64,000 nt of DNA, taken from the NCBI GenBank assembly GCA_024137785.1, contig JAHRHZ010000088.1, forward strand, positions 12,467,778 to 12,531,777. The letters run 5' to 3'. A program made the translations under genes and the position numbers. Under the pieces are notes generated by a model that searched no databases, had not been told where the DNA came from, and was given only the letters and a program-made list of their open reading frames with translations. The DNA comes from Ginglymostoma cirratum. Lineage: Eukaryota. Positions 11,873 to 25,745 of the stretch are shown here, in pieces. Within the stretch, counting starts at the first letter, position 1, and each line of letters begins with the position of its first letter.

Positions 11873-13468
11873 GTTCATTTGAAATTAAACTGTTCATTCA
11901 CTGCAGTGTCAATAAGATGCTGAATTAAAGGATTGTTTGGTCTGGATGCTCAGATTCAAATGGTCCCAGAATACTATTTGAAGATAAGCAGCGCACCATT
12001 ACGTGAAATAAGTTTAGTGACTATGCCAGCTGAATTGAGTAAGGTTGCACTTCAAAATTAATTAATTAGTTGTACATTGCAAGGTACTGAGGATATGACA
12101 AGCATTACACAAATACCAATTCTATCTTACGTATTGCTGTCATTGGAAATTAGAATGTGAAATTTGGATTGTAAAACTGCTTGAGGATGGGTGGTAAGTT
12201 TAGTAATGTGAAAATTATATAGTTGTACAGAAGGCAAGATTGCCTTAGCTTTAAAGCACCAACAAGTTCAACCACCATATTTCAATCCAAAGTCTCACTA
12301 TCAGAAACCGTCATTATGCAGAGTACTATATTAGCACATCTTGTAACTGTCTCACAGCAACAATTAGTCATTAACTTCCTTGCTGCTGGGGAAAAAAAAC
12401 AACTCAGTATCTTTGTCAATTATGATTGAATTGAAATGATTGCCAAAAGAAGTGACAGATCAACTGTATAATGAACAATGTTACATGCAAATGTGCATTA
12501 TACAAAATTAACAACATGTAAGTATAAGTCTACACACTAGATTAAGAAGGTTAAAACCCATCAATTTGAATAAACATGAATTGAAGATATTCAGTTAGAA
12601 GAGATATGGAAAGTCAGGTGCAAGCCATTGTGCAACATAACCCACCTCACATTTGTTCTCTTTGTGTGTTCTCTTGCGAACAAAGTTAATGAAAAACATA
12701 TTGTTTCGTTCATTGGGCTATTTTTAGTTGTTTGAGAGAGCTGAATAACGAGTCTGACTTTGAGCCTCAATCAAATGCTGAGATCTACTTGCAACTGTCA
12801 TTTAATTGAGTTATAATAAAGATATTTGAAAACACGGAACTATGTTCAAAGTTGCTTAGGTATGCTTGGGTCTGAGATACTTTTGCATGTGTAAGAGATC
12901 AGCTAGTCACTCCCTCCAAATATCAGCAACAAAAATGTTCTGTTACAGGAGACAAATATTGTATACTGTAAAAGGAAAAATGCAAAAGCATCAAAGTAGC
13001 AGCTTAAAGAGTAGCGGAAAGGGTGATTCATTCTAATAATGAGTTCTACCTGTATATTATTCAGGATAGTAGACTGATAGATTACATTTTTCATTAAGTG
13101 AATTTGATGTCAGGAATAGCTTTCAGCACAGATCTCACATTGTTTCATTCAAGACTGTCATGCAAAATACATCGTAGTGTCTTAATCTTTACTGTCTTAT
13201 GACTAGGTTCTCGACTAAAACTAAACCACTGAAAATTTGTAGACCTACAGCCTTTTCCTGAGCCAATTTGTATTGGGGTAAAAGTTCAAAGTAAACAATA
13301 ACTGACTAAATTGGAAAATCAGGACAAATGTGTGTTTTACACCATTTTCATCTTTGTTACAACAATTATTTATTACTGCTATATTTAAAAATGTCAAATA
13401 TTAACTTTTTAAATCTTCAGATTGTAACTAACTGTTTATTGATCAAAAATAATCCTTTCTCCACACAG

Positions 13469-13632
13469 GTATCGAACATTTTACAAACCCAAATACAAAA
13501 TAGGATACAAGACTGTTACAGAATTAGAGTGGAGATGTTGTCCAGGATATTCTGGTGATACTTGCCGGGAAGGTGCAACAGGACTGCCTGAACTTGTGCC
13601 ATCACACCCTGGACCCAGAAAAGGTTATTATG
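13469..13632 (+). CDS. EMILIN3: EMILIN3-like, exon 3 (EMI domain, second half)
   Basis: Acceptor ctccacacag|G; YRTFYKPKYKIGYKTVTELEWRCCPGYSGDTCREG...KGYY with the canonical EMI WRCCPG motif; donor G|gtaagt. Confidence 0.94.
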
Positions 13633-15159
13633 GTAAGTTTTAATTTCAATCAGGAACTTTTGTCTATGTATTGTGGAGGTACCTAATATTGTTTTGCATG
13701 TCTTTTGGTCCTGAAGCTAGTTACATTTTAAGGTGCCAGAGTAATCTTATCTTTTTTGACTGTCAATAATACATTTTTTGCTAATTTGGAATAAACATAA
13801 AACAAGACAATTTAATTCAGAGAGATTTAATTCAGAAATGGCCAAACTCAACCACTTATAACCCAGCCGAGATAGTTTCATTTTTCCTTTTTTATATCTG
13901 AGTTATTTGAAAAGTTATCTCTTTAGTGCTGTTTCCTCAATGAGAGGTAAATCCTGAATTAGAACCTGAGGTTCTGAAAAGCTAGTGTCCACAACATGAG
14001 AACACTTCAAATGGAATTTAATAATTGGTCTAGAATTTCTTACAATAGTGTTGCTATGTTAAAACACACTTGTGAAATTCCCCAAGAATCTCATTTAGAA
14101 TACATTGGATTTTGTCTTTAGAAAGCATTATTTGGGGTTGAAGGCCCTATGTGTAATACTGCATTTTCCATGCCCTTACTTATGCATGAAAGTTAAAGCT
14201 CATGCACATCAAACTACCCTTTAAAAACATTAGGGTCATTAATTAATATTTTTAAGAGTATATAAATGAATACATTTCAGTTTTCATGCAACTTTTTCTC
14301 ATGGCTGTTAGGTCTCTCTTAGGAGAAACATCCAAACTGACTTTTCAAAGTGTAAATAAAACAAAGATGATTTTAAACCCTTCTTCTCTTAACCTTTCCA
14401 GTGTAAATTTACAGCCTGTTTGAATGGGGCATTTATAAGGAAATTTGGATTCTTCCATCTTTTGCCTAATAAGTGGGAACAGCATTCATGAGCAATGGGG
14501 GTTTTGCTAATTTGGTCAACTTTATGCCAGACTTAGCTGTTGTTTTTGTGCAACTTTTAAGTAAATTCCAAGCTATGATGCGGAAATTCTGCTTGATAAA
14601 AGCATAGGCAATTCTGACTTTGTTGGCTGAACCATTAATAAAGAATAGATGTACAATCCAATGTTTAAGGCTTGGCATCTTCCCCTGAATAAAAGCAGTA
14701 GTGGAAAAAACAATGTCACTCTATTTGATCATTGATATGCAACACTTCAGTGCATTTAGGAAGTAATAATGAAGAGTAAAAGGATAACCCCGAGCTTTGA
14801 GCGGTCTCATATGATAGGCCATTTCCCACATTTAATTTCCAATGATTTAGAAAAATAAACGTGTAGCATCTAAAACAGTCTGCCAGCGCACTCTCAGATT
14901 TCACCCTATAACCCAAGTAATTTCACCCATTTCCCTTTTTTTAAGAGCTGTATTGTTTAATAGGAAAATATTCTTAATTTGATAGGGTGATGTTGGGCAC
15001 TCACAAATTCTAAAGCATTAAACAATGCTCACAACTATTCAAAAAGTTCAAATCATAAAGTATTCATTGTTATAAAGGCCATATGTATAAATTCATTTGT
15101 GAAAGGATCTGCCCTGCAGTAACATGACTTTTTACAATTGTGAAGTTCTGGTTACTACA

Positions 15160-15660
15160 CGACAGGAAGGAGTGTGGAGGCTTTGGAGAAGGTACAAAAC
15201 ACATTTTCCAGGATGTGGCCTGTATTGGCGTGCACCAGCTGGATTGGAGCATTTGGACAAACTTGGATTGTTTTTGCTAGAGTGTTAGGGAACCTGATAG
15301 AAGTATATAAAATTTTGAGAGGCATGAATAGGGTGGATAGTGGGAGTCTTTTTTCCCAGATTTGAAACATCAAATGCTAAGGGGCATAGAATTAAGGTGA
15401 AAGAGAGAAAGGTTTAATGGAGTTGTGTGAGGCACATTTTTTACACAGTGGGTGGTAGGTGCCAGGAACGCACTGCCAAAGGAGTGGTAAAAGCAGATAA
15501 GGTGGCAACATTTAAGAGAGATTTAGAAAGACATATGAATAGGCTGGGAATAGACGAATACTGACCACATACAAACAGATGGAATTAGTTTAGAATGGCA
15601 TTATGGTCAGCACAGACGTGATAGGCCTATTCTTGTGCTATACCGTTCTATGTTGTATGT
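15160..15660 (+). mobile_element. CR1/HER1-type LINE 3' fragment
   Basis: ALEKVQNTFSRM...GNLIEVYKILRGMNRVD, the CR1 ORF2 C-terminus; ends in a ttctatgttgtatgt tail. Confidence 0.8.
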
Positions 15661-16682
15661 TGATTACATTGTCAGGTCACCTGACTCCATGATTTAATTT
15701 CCATGTCCAAACAAATAAAGAGAACAAAAAGTTCTAATATCTGCTGATATGTTAGGGTATGTAGGATAATCTCTACGATCAGGTTAAAATGTTATAATCG
15801 TCTGTTGGGTTGTTCCTAAAGCAGTTACGTAAAACTGACGTTTTTCTACATAATTTGAGAATGTCCAACCTCATTTACTGCCCTTTCTTGGAAACCTCTC
15901 TCCAGGCAGCGTGCCTAAATGGTGGTTGGTGATGATGGATTGGGTCGGTCTATGATTTCTGCTTGGTCCAGTACGTGAGTGGCTTGCAGTTGCCTTCAAC
16001 AGGAGGCTTTCTCCTTCCTCCCGTGTGGTGTCAGGTGTTTTGGTAGCAAATGTAGAATGGTATTCAACCTTTTTGGCCACATTTATGAACAATTCTTCCA
16101 TGCTCATCAAGACCTAGATTGGAACTTGACCTGGAGCTTCTAGGTAGGAAGGCTATCACTGTATCATAAACCCTCCCTTCATCAATTACACATATCATGT
16201 TTTCCAAAGCAGAATAACACTCTTCTAAAAGTAACTTAAGTATTTTTTATGGCCAGTGAGAGGGTGGAAAGGACTTTAGTTTCTGACTCGGGTATAAACG
16301 CTAATCGCCCAGCAATCCAAAAACCTTTTGTAACTAGGAGTAATTGATTCACTTCAGGTGATACTTATGTGCCTTCTTGGGTTAACAGAGGCCTTAGAGG
16401 AATATGACAAGTTAGCAATTCATCTGTTGTCCAGATCCCTTCTGAATAACACCATGAGGAATCACAATGATATGTGCAATATTATGCTGTAACGATATTG
16501 CTCAGATTGATCTAGAGACCTAACTTTTATGGAACATGGCTTATAAATCTATAGCTTAATGGCTTCACTAAGACTGAATATTAAATAGTGGTAAAGTTAT
16601 TCAATTTAATTAGTTTTCAGTTTAGTTTAATTTAGATTTAAATTGTAAAATACACTAATCTGAGAATATTTATGCCTCCTAG

Positions 16683-18542
16683 GTCCCAAGGCTCCAGATG
16701 TCTACGGAGAACGAATCGATCATTTGGAAGATGAAATACGACATTTTACACTATCGTTTGAGAGACTCCAATCCATGGTGAGTGGGATCAGTGACAGTCT
16801 CAGACAATCCATTCAGAAAGACACCAATAAAATGATTGTATCATGGCTGAATAATCTGAAATGTCCTGATAAAGACTTTGCATGCATAACTGAAAGCCTG
16901 AAAAATCTGAGTAAAGGATACCCACCAGCGATGGGAGACTTAGAAGGCAAGGTCCCAGACGATAAGGATGTCTTGAAAACAAACAGTGACTTGCTGCATG
17001 ACGTTTATGGGATGGTGATTCGTCATGATCGCCAAATCAGCCAACTTCTGGAGGCCAGTAGACCACCTACACCTACAGCACCTGGGGATTTTCTCAACAG
17101 CTTTATAGATGACAGGCTCACCAAGTTCCGAGCTGACCTACTCGATGGATTTGAAAACAGATTCAATGTCTTGCAAACTGTCTGTGATTACAAAGTAAAC
17201 TTAATCCAACAACAGTGTGATGAACAGAAGAACATAAATCAACGCCTTGAAGGAATGATTAATGGAAAAGAATCTGACCTAAAAAAGGAGATTAATAACT
17301 TACAAACTCAGATTGGTGGATTGACTGTAACTGAAAATTGCTGTGACAAAGTCAAGTACTTGTCAGATAAAATCAATGCCCTGGAACGGAACCTAAAAGA
17401 AATCTCAGACTATCAAAGATCATTAACAACTCGGTTTGAGAGTGAGTTGCCGCAATTCCCTAGTATTCATTTCGAAAATGAGTACAATAGTAGGCTAGAT
17501 GACATTGAAGCCAAAATCAATGCCACTGAGAGGAGACTGGAAGAAAATTGTCTGTTCATAGAAAACAACATGAAGGGACATCTTGGAACTGAGCTGGACG
17601 GTATGAAGACATTCCTACATGATAAACTAAAGGACGTTGAAGGCCGAGTTACTGTTATTGTTGAGGAGTTGAGCAATGTATCTTTTCCTGCCAGCCTAGA
17701 AGGAGAAGTAATCCCAAGGCTAGAAACAGAGATTTCAACAATTAAGAAGAAAACTAATGATGGCCTGGTTGATTTGGAAGGAAGACTAGAAGTTTTGGAG
17801 AATCTGTGTCCTGTTAGTTGTACCTCAATTATTAGTGACATTGAAACTCTAAGAACAGAAATTGATGATTGCCACAGAAACTGCCAAGATATTGTGACAA
17901 AACTAGATAAGAACTCTGGTCTACTTAACAAACTTAACTACTCTATGTTTGAAATAAACAGAAAAATTAAAGAGGAAGAAGAATCCAGTGCCGTGCAGGG
18001 AGAAATTACTTTACTAAAGATCAACATCAACTCCGTGAACAAGACCCTAAAAGGGATCAAAGACTCTGTCAGCAAATATGCTGATGACTTTGCATTTGCC
18101 AATTCAACGTGGGATGAACACGAGCGCAAAATGACAGATGAAGTCCATCTGATCCAACAGATAGTGAACAGCCAAGGTTCCCAGCTCCTTTTTAATGACA
18201 AGCGAGTCCATGAGCTCAAAGGTGATCTGGAACGAATTAACCATCGGATAATGTCAGATCTCCATAACTGCAAACACAGCGCTCAAGATATCCAGAAGGA
18301 AGTGTCACAGGTTGACAGACGAGTGACTCAGATGGAGAGTGTGTGCAACAAACTAAGTGCAGTATTAAATAGTCTGGATTATATTAAGGATGGTTTGGAT
18401 AATCATGCTGGTGATCTGTGGAATTACTTAGACCGCATGAATTTAACCCTCATGGTACACAATCAAGACATCACTGCTCTAAGAGATTCAGTCAATGAGT
18501 GCCATACGAGAATAACAGGCATCGGAAATCGGGCATTAGATG
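16683..18542 (+). CDS. EMILIN3: EMILIN3-like, exon 4 (large coiled-coil exon)
   Basis: Acceptor cctcctag|GT, in frame with the 630-aa ORF 16724-18616. Heptad-rich, Cys-punctuated coiled coil typical of EMILINs. Donor GAT G|gtaagc at 18543. Confidence 0.92.
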
Positions 18543-21500
18543 GTAAGCATCAACAATGCTGTACCTTCACTACAGTTTTACAAATCGGATGTAAAATAGT
18601 TAGGTCAAACTTATAGGATTTCTTCAAAATTCCTAATCATAACCCAATATTCATACTAACGTTATGAAATAATTCTGTACAATAGTGAAAAAGCATAGAG
18701 ACAATTACCCATTATACACACCATTTATTCAATACATCTACTGTGGAGCAGTAATCCAAAGAAAAGGGTTTAGACAGCTTCATAAACTGCAAAGATGAAA
18801 TTCAGTTTGTATAATCATCAGCTGAATCCAGTAATTGGATGACTACCTTTACAGCAAGTTACAAGGATCTGGTTCTGAAACAAAATCATTACTTCCTTTA
18901 AACTTGGCTGAGGTTGGGACTTGAGGTGAGTGGAAGAGATTTAGTTTCTCTATACAAGTAAGATAAGTAATAGTTTCAGGAGAAAGGTCAGCCATTTACG
19001 ACTGAGTTGAGACATTTCTTCATTCAGATAATCCTGAACCTTTGGAATTTTGTAGCCTAGAGGACCAGGGATGCTTTGTCTTTTGAGTATAACTTTAGGC
19101 TTTCAAAGAATATGGGAATAGAGCCAGAAAGTGGAGTCGAGAGTCGAGATAGGTGCTCAGCTATGATTTTATTGGATGGCAAAGCAGACTTTCAGGCCAT
19201 TGTACCTCCTTTCGTTCTTACTTATTTTCTTATGAATGCTCAAAGATACACACTGAAATTTTAATTTTAAAAGCAAAGCAACACTTAGTAAATAAAAGAA
19301 AGGAAAGGAATCCACTGTGTATCATCATATATGGTATTATGCTAGCGAACATGATGGTTGTGATGACTTTAGACCGCCAAATTCACATACCTATATAACA
19401 CAAGATAGAAAAGTTGAAGTTTACAGTTCAGCTACCGCATGTTCAGCCAATGTTGTCTATGTCAACATTTTGCTAGATCAGTTCTGAACAAATTCTACAG
19501 CTCTGCTGTCTCCCTGTATCTTTTTCTGATTCAGTTATTAATGCACTTTCCTCTTAAAGGATACACATGGTCAACCACTTCCTGGGGTGCATCCTAAAAA
19601 CTGTGTAAACAAATTCTTCCAACTTCTCATTCCCTGTCAGCATTGTAAATTAATTACCCCAGGTCACTAACTCACTAACCAAAGGAAATAGTCTTTCCTG
19701 TAATCTCACTCCCTCATCAAAACCTTTCATAATCTTTACCATCTCTTAAAATTTCCTTTAGCCTTTTCTCATGGAAATGGTCTCTGTAATTGAGTTCAGT
19801 CAAACCATCAATATTCATGAAGGAAACAAACTTTTTCCAGTTATAAAAGCTTCAGTATCCAAGAACAGAAATCCAAATATTCTTCAGTTCATTTAAAACT
19901 GTCAAAATTACCCTCTGTGCAACACTTACTAATTGCTTACCTAAAAGTATTGAAATTATCCAGATACTGTACAACCATCAACATCCCATTACTGAATGCT
20001 AGACTATAATTAATAATTTCACATTGTACAGTCATCCTGGGTTACCGTAAAATGGTTACATTTCGTGTTGCAAATTGAGTTAAAATTTAATTTTAATTAT
20101 ATGAACTAATAATGCACCACCAACAGGAGACCTCAATAACTTAAATAATATTGGATTGTGACTTACTTCACGGAAACAGGAACCTTTCTCATTTCTGTTG
20201 TAGACATAATGATGCAAAATTAAAGGATCACGAACAAAGAAATGCTACCTCCACCTCATGTATCATTTACCTCATACTTATAAACACAAAATTAGAGCAA
20301 TTGCAATTATCATAAAATTCCAATAGTCAACTCACTAACACACACCAAGGAGAGTTGAAACTTCCCAACAATGCCTGTTTGTTGCCCACACATGGAGCAT
20401 TCTGTAGATTATTAATGATGCCTAGCAGCTCAGAGGCTGAGCTCATGTACACCACATCAGCTCAGTTCATGTTGTCTGAATGGTTTTTCATAGAAAATAA
20501 TACTTTGAAGGGCACAGGCACATAACTTTACAATGTGGTAATAAGTTAGAACAAACGACATATTCCTCTGTGTACTTCTATATAGCATGCAGGAAGAAAA
20601 TGGAAAAAAAGAAAAGGATTATTGAAATCTGTTATGAATTGAACTGTAGAAGATAATATTGCTCCAACACTTGAAGCCATGTGATGATTTTAGATGTACA
20701 GTTGGGGGAGCAGAGATGTTTATATTGACCGTCTGGCACTACTTACGGTGTTATACGTTGCTTTGAACAGACCGCCAACTCCCCCCAAAAAGTCAGTAGT
20801 GGTTTCAAGGATGCCAGTAGGTTAGCATCAGCTGTTTCAACAACTTAATATGTGTAAAAATTCATCGGATTTGTGTTTAAATTTCATGCATGATAACCTG
20901 AGGCTGCACGGTGTGTACCAGTTTAACTTAAGAGGAAAGAAACCCCATACACTCCTCCAGCAATGATATCTCACGCTTCAAAGATTTTCCTTCAGGTTTA
21001 AATAAAAGAAACAAATGGGCAAGATAGTAATTAATGTTCACAAATACTAACCTTACTTAGACTTCAAAACATTTTTTTACATGCTTTCACACAGGCTGTA
21101 GTGAAGGTAAGGATGACTTAAGACCTAACCTTGCTATCTAGAGATGTTTAGTATGACGTACAGCCAATAAGTAACAAAAGATGGAAAAGTTTTACAGTTA
21201 TAACAAATGCAGATCTATTCAATATCTGACATTCAGGTTTTTTTTTGGCGAGTGCGTGTTAATTCAGTTCACACAAAGTAAAAGGGCCTGTATCTTGAGG
21301 TTCCCCTTATGACTCCAAATATTAAGTTGTCCTTGCAACATGCTGCCCCCATCTGTCAACTGCTGGCAGAAAACTTGTTTCTGTCTAATATTCGCTGTTC
21401 AAAGACATTGTTTCAGGAATGTTTCATAACACCTCAGAGTCTGAAATGTTTCAACTTGCTTAATCAGATGCAAATGGTAGTACTTTATTGGGAAGGAATA

Positions 21501-22829
21501 TACAGTATGTCAGCACCACTTATTGATGAAAACTCCAGATTATTCAATATTAAATGTGTATAAAGAAGCTGCTGTTAATGGTACCTCCTGCTTCCCACAC
21601 TCATCAAACGACTTTCTACACATGATTCCCCTTTTTTTACACAATTGTACTAATTTCTAAAACTGTGGTTCAGTCTCCAACATCTTTACTAATTAACTAT
21701 TTAGATATTGAAGAAACAATAGTGGAAGACAGTGCTTCTATGAGGCTGAGATTTAGAAATTTCCTTTGCGGGCTTGACTACCAAACTAAAGATTCAGACT
21801 TTCATTTTCATTTAAAATAAATACCAGATCTTAGATCCCATCTAAATATGTGTGTCTACTTGCCCACTTTGGTTCTGCTTTCAATATACCTCTGCTCTTC
21901 TATCAGATGACAGCATACAGAATAAATAATTAGTCTTTGTGTGAATTTTAAAACACGCCTTGTAGTAAAATGAAAACATTGAGAAGATGGATTACTGAGT
22001 GAAAGGTAGCTCTTGATGTGGAAAGTTGACTAGTTGATGATCAGGGAAGGGGAAAAGTGCAGAATTTTTTTCCCAGCTTTCTTCAGTATCCATACACATG
22101 GCTCAGAGTTTTCAAGGTATACCCAAGTGTGAACCGTATGGGTCAGGAAGCTGAAACTTTCCCAGGGTTTCAACAAAGGTGATCATAGTGGCCCAACAAA
22201 TAGTATTTCTTGCTCTCGGAAATCTGGAAGAAAATCAGCTAGTTTTGCGGCTGAGCAGACTTGGCTTAATTGCTATGTGTTTCTTATAAAAATTCTTGGT
22301 CTTCTACAATAAATCTGATTATAACAAAGTATATTTATAAACTGAAAATGAATGATTACATGGGACACTGGTGTCCTGAAACAAGCTGTTTACTGTTTTC
22401 TGGTACATATACTTTATTTTAAAAAGTTGCAGTTAAGCTTGCGAAAGCCAGCTGTTTGTCATTCATAGGTCCTTCCTGGAAGCAAATTGTTCTGTAATTT
22501 CAGTACATCTGCTATGTCACAATCTCACCAAATTCATATAATTTTAATGAGAAGATTGAGGTCTGTTACTTTAATTTAAAAAATTGGCTATTGACTGTAC
22601 CAGCTGGGTCTCCATTAAAAGCAGTGAATAGTACCACTGTTTAGCCTATAAAGATTAAAAGAACGTTTCATTATTTATAGGGTGTTCAGCTATACTGATC
22701 AGTAGAAATATATGGCACAGTCTCTGGAACAGGTTCCAAAGTTTTTTTCTGAACAGGGCTACTTTGTGTTTATTTGTTTTGAAATCAGCTCCATTTCAAC
22801 CATATGTCATGATCCGATTAAAAGAACTT

Positions 22830-23210
22830 GGATCATTATAGCACCTTCTTATGTCCTCAGGATGCCCAAATTGATTTACAGCCAGTTAATTACTTCTGAA
22901 CTGTAGCCACTGTTGTTTTGTGGTTAAACAATGCCATCAATTTCCACACAGTAAGGTACTCAAACAATAAGTTGAATAAACGATCAGAGGATGTTCGGTT
23001 TTTTTCATTTCCTTGGTTCAAGGAGGAGTTTCGGGCACTCAGTTTAGCAGTAATAGAGGATCATTAACGTGAGAGTGGGCCTTGGTTTAAATCTTGTCTA
23101 AAAGTTAATGACTGGAAAAATGCAATTACCTACTGAAAGCCATTCCTGTTTTCAGCCTACATTCTGTTCTGGTCCTGCAGTAGTATTTGAATCCACAACC
23201 TCTGACTCCT
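22830..23210 (-). mobile_element. Deu-domain SINE (SacSINE1-like), old copy
   Basis: gggccttggtttaaatc...tcagcctacatt...ttgaatccacaacctctgactc resembles the reverse complement of Deu-SINE head and core as recalled. Confidence 0.6.
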
Positions 23211-24439
23211 ACAGATTCAAGTTTTAGGTACAGAAACCGCAGCTCTCGAGTTTCATGACAAGGACAATGCAACGGGACTTGAATTCAAAGGGGTGATTCA
23301 TCACTCTGAAAACAAATGTTAAGAATGTGGATTTAGATTCAGCCAACCCTGCTTATGTACATGTGCTCAAATTTCTCTCCTTCCTAACAATAGAAGCTTT
23401 ATTGCACTAATATTGGAGCACTTGGGATTCTTAGCATCTTGTATATCACCTCAGAACTTCTGTTATAGTGAGCAGTCAATGTCGGTTCAAGTAGTTACAT
23501 TTCTGTTCCTGGAACAAAGGCTATACTCTGATGTTGAGGACTAACTGAGGTCAGTCAGAATATTAAAGTGTAATTCTAATTACAGAAATAGTGATAACCT
23601 AAAAACAAAACAACAGAATAAATTGCTGAAATATTTTTGATAAACAAAAGAACTTTAAATCAATTCAAGTGAGCAAAAGCCACATATTAGTATTATATTA
23701 ACTGCATCTGCTTATAAAGTCTGCTGTCAGTCACATAAAGACAATCCACTAATTTAGGACCTTCACAAAACCACTTTGATTTGATCTGTAAGAAACAATT
23801 ACGTTAAGTATGCTTTTCAAAACTTATGAAACATCTCACTTTGAACAGTGGGCAAGAGGAAGGAGAAATGAATGAGTTCCTTGGGGCTGAATTTTCATTT
23901 TCAGCTCCACCCTGCCATTGGAAAGAAACTTGGGTGGGTTGGGATTCCACAAATGCCAGCACTGGGGGCAATGTTTGAGGAGGCCTCCAATCAATTTTCC
24001 ACCTCTGGGAGCTCAATCCAATTAAAGAAATCCAATAGAAGGCCCTCCACCAGCGAGGGATCAGAAGCCCACAATCAGAAGGGCCCTACTTGCTTACACA
24101 GCATTCCAGCAGCTCTATCAGTTGTCCCCAGTGGGTAATTTAGTGAGGTGGATTACCTACCACTGATGTGTGGGTATCCTTCAGCCAAATTATAATGAAA
24201 GAGAATATAGTTGAGATGTAGGAAAGGCTAGAGAGGAGGAATTAGAAAGAAAATGGCTGAAGTTTATGTTGCTAAGTTAGCAGAACAGTCGAGAGGCATC
24301 TGGAGTTACTGAGGGAAGCAGGTGTGGAAACTGAGGTGACGCTGGGCACAGCCTTCTAATGCTGTCTTACAGGGGCTGTCCAAGAGTACTGGAGCCTTGC
24401 ACCTTTGTTCATAAATAATGCAAGGCTAAACCTAGGAAC

Positions 24440-25745
24440 ATACCAAATGGTTTAATCTCAGTGGTAGGAAAGCTTTTAGAAGCAGTCATTTTGTCACAGA
24501 TTTACTGTCACTTGGAAAAATGTGGATTAATTAAGAAAATTCAGCACAGGGCAAATCTTGTTTAACTAATTTGATTGAATGGTTTGATGAGCTGTCAGAG
24601 GCTTGAAGTGGTAATGCTGTTGATGTAGTCTTCTGAAAGATATTGGATACAGTAGCATATAACAAACTGGTCAGCAAATTTTAAACCCATGGGATAAAAA
24701 GGATAGTGTCAGCACAACACGGATACCAAGCTGGTTGACTGTCAAGTGGCAGAGTCTAATGGCAAACAGTTGTTTTTCAGGCTGGAAAAGTTTATACAGT
24801 TAGCTTCCCTCAGTACTGCTTTTCTCGATCCGTGTTAATGACCTAATCTTGGGCATGGAGGGTGCAAATTCAGAATTTGCAGATGAGAAACTTGGAAATG
24901 TTTTGAGAGATGGATATGGATTGACTTCAAGAGGACATACCTTGGTGGAGTGAGAGTGTGTGTGACAGATGAAATTTATTGGAAAGAAATGTGAAATCAT
25001 GCATGTTGGCAGGAACAGTGAAGAAAAGCAACATAAAATGATTGGTATGATTTTAGAGGGGGTGCAGGAGCAAAGTAAGCTGAGGTGCACATGCGCAAAT
25101 CATTGACTGTAGCAGGACAGATTGAGAAAGTAGTTAATATGCCTAGGAGGTCCTGGCTTTTATAAGTAGAGACTTGGAATACAAAAGCAAGGAAGTTATG
25201 TGAACTTTTATAAAATACTCCATCTGCCTCAGCTGGCATATTGTGGTAAACTCTGAATACCACACTTTAGGGAATGTGACAGCATAATGGTGAGGGTACA
25301 AGAAAAGTTGGAGAACCTTTGCAGGCGTGAGGGAATTCTGTTTCATAATTAGATTGGCAATTTGGAACTCCCCAGAGAAGACTGAGAAGAGATTAGATAA
25401 GTGAGGAGTCTCCACAGAGTAAATGGGAAGAAACTATTTCCGTCAACAGAAAGATTAAGAATCAGCGGACATCCAGTTTGCAGGTAAAAAACCTAGGAAA
25501 AACATATTAACTTGTGAGTGGTTAGAATCTCAAATGCATGGTTTGAAGGTATGGTGGAGGCAACTTAAAGCATTGCTTTCAAAAGAGAATTGTATCACCA
25601 TTTAAAGAGAAAAGATTTGCAAATGGGAAAGATTGGGGTAGAGGGATTCCTGAGTTGCTGTCAAAGAGCTGGCAGTGATATGAGGGGCTGAATAGCATTT
25701 TCATGCTGCAACTGTTGTATAATGTTATGGATCCTTTCATGATAT
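24440..25745 (+). mobile_element. CR1 LINE RT-to-3' fragment, decayed
   Basis: cagcacagggcaaatcttgtttaactaatttgattga (QHGF..SCLTNL-like) and gaatttgcagatga (FADD) remnants; many disruptions. Confidence 0.75.

Noticed and set aside
16800-18273. Antisense ORFs of 60, 154 and 111 aa
   Set aside because: Shadows of the coiled-coil exon on the opposite strand, with no independent coding signal.
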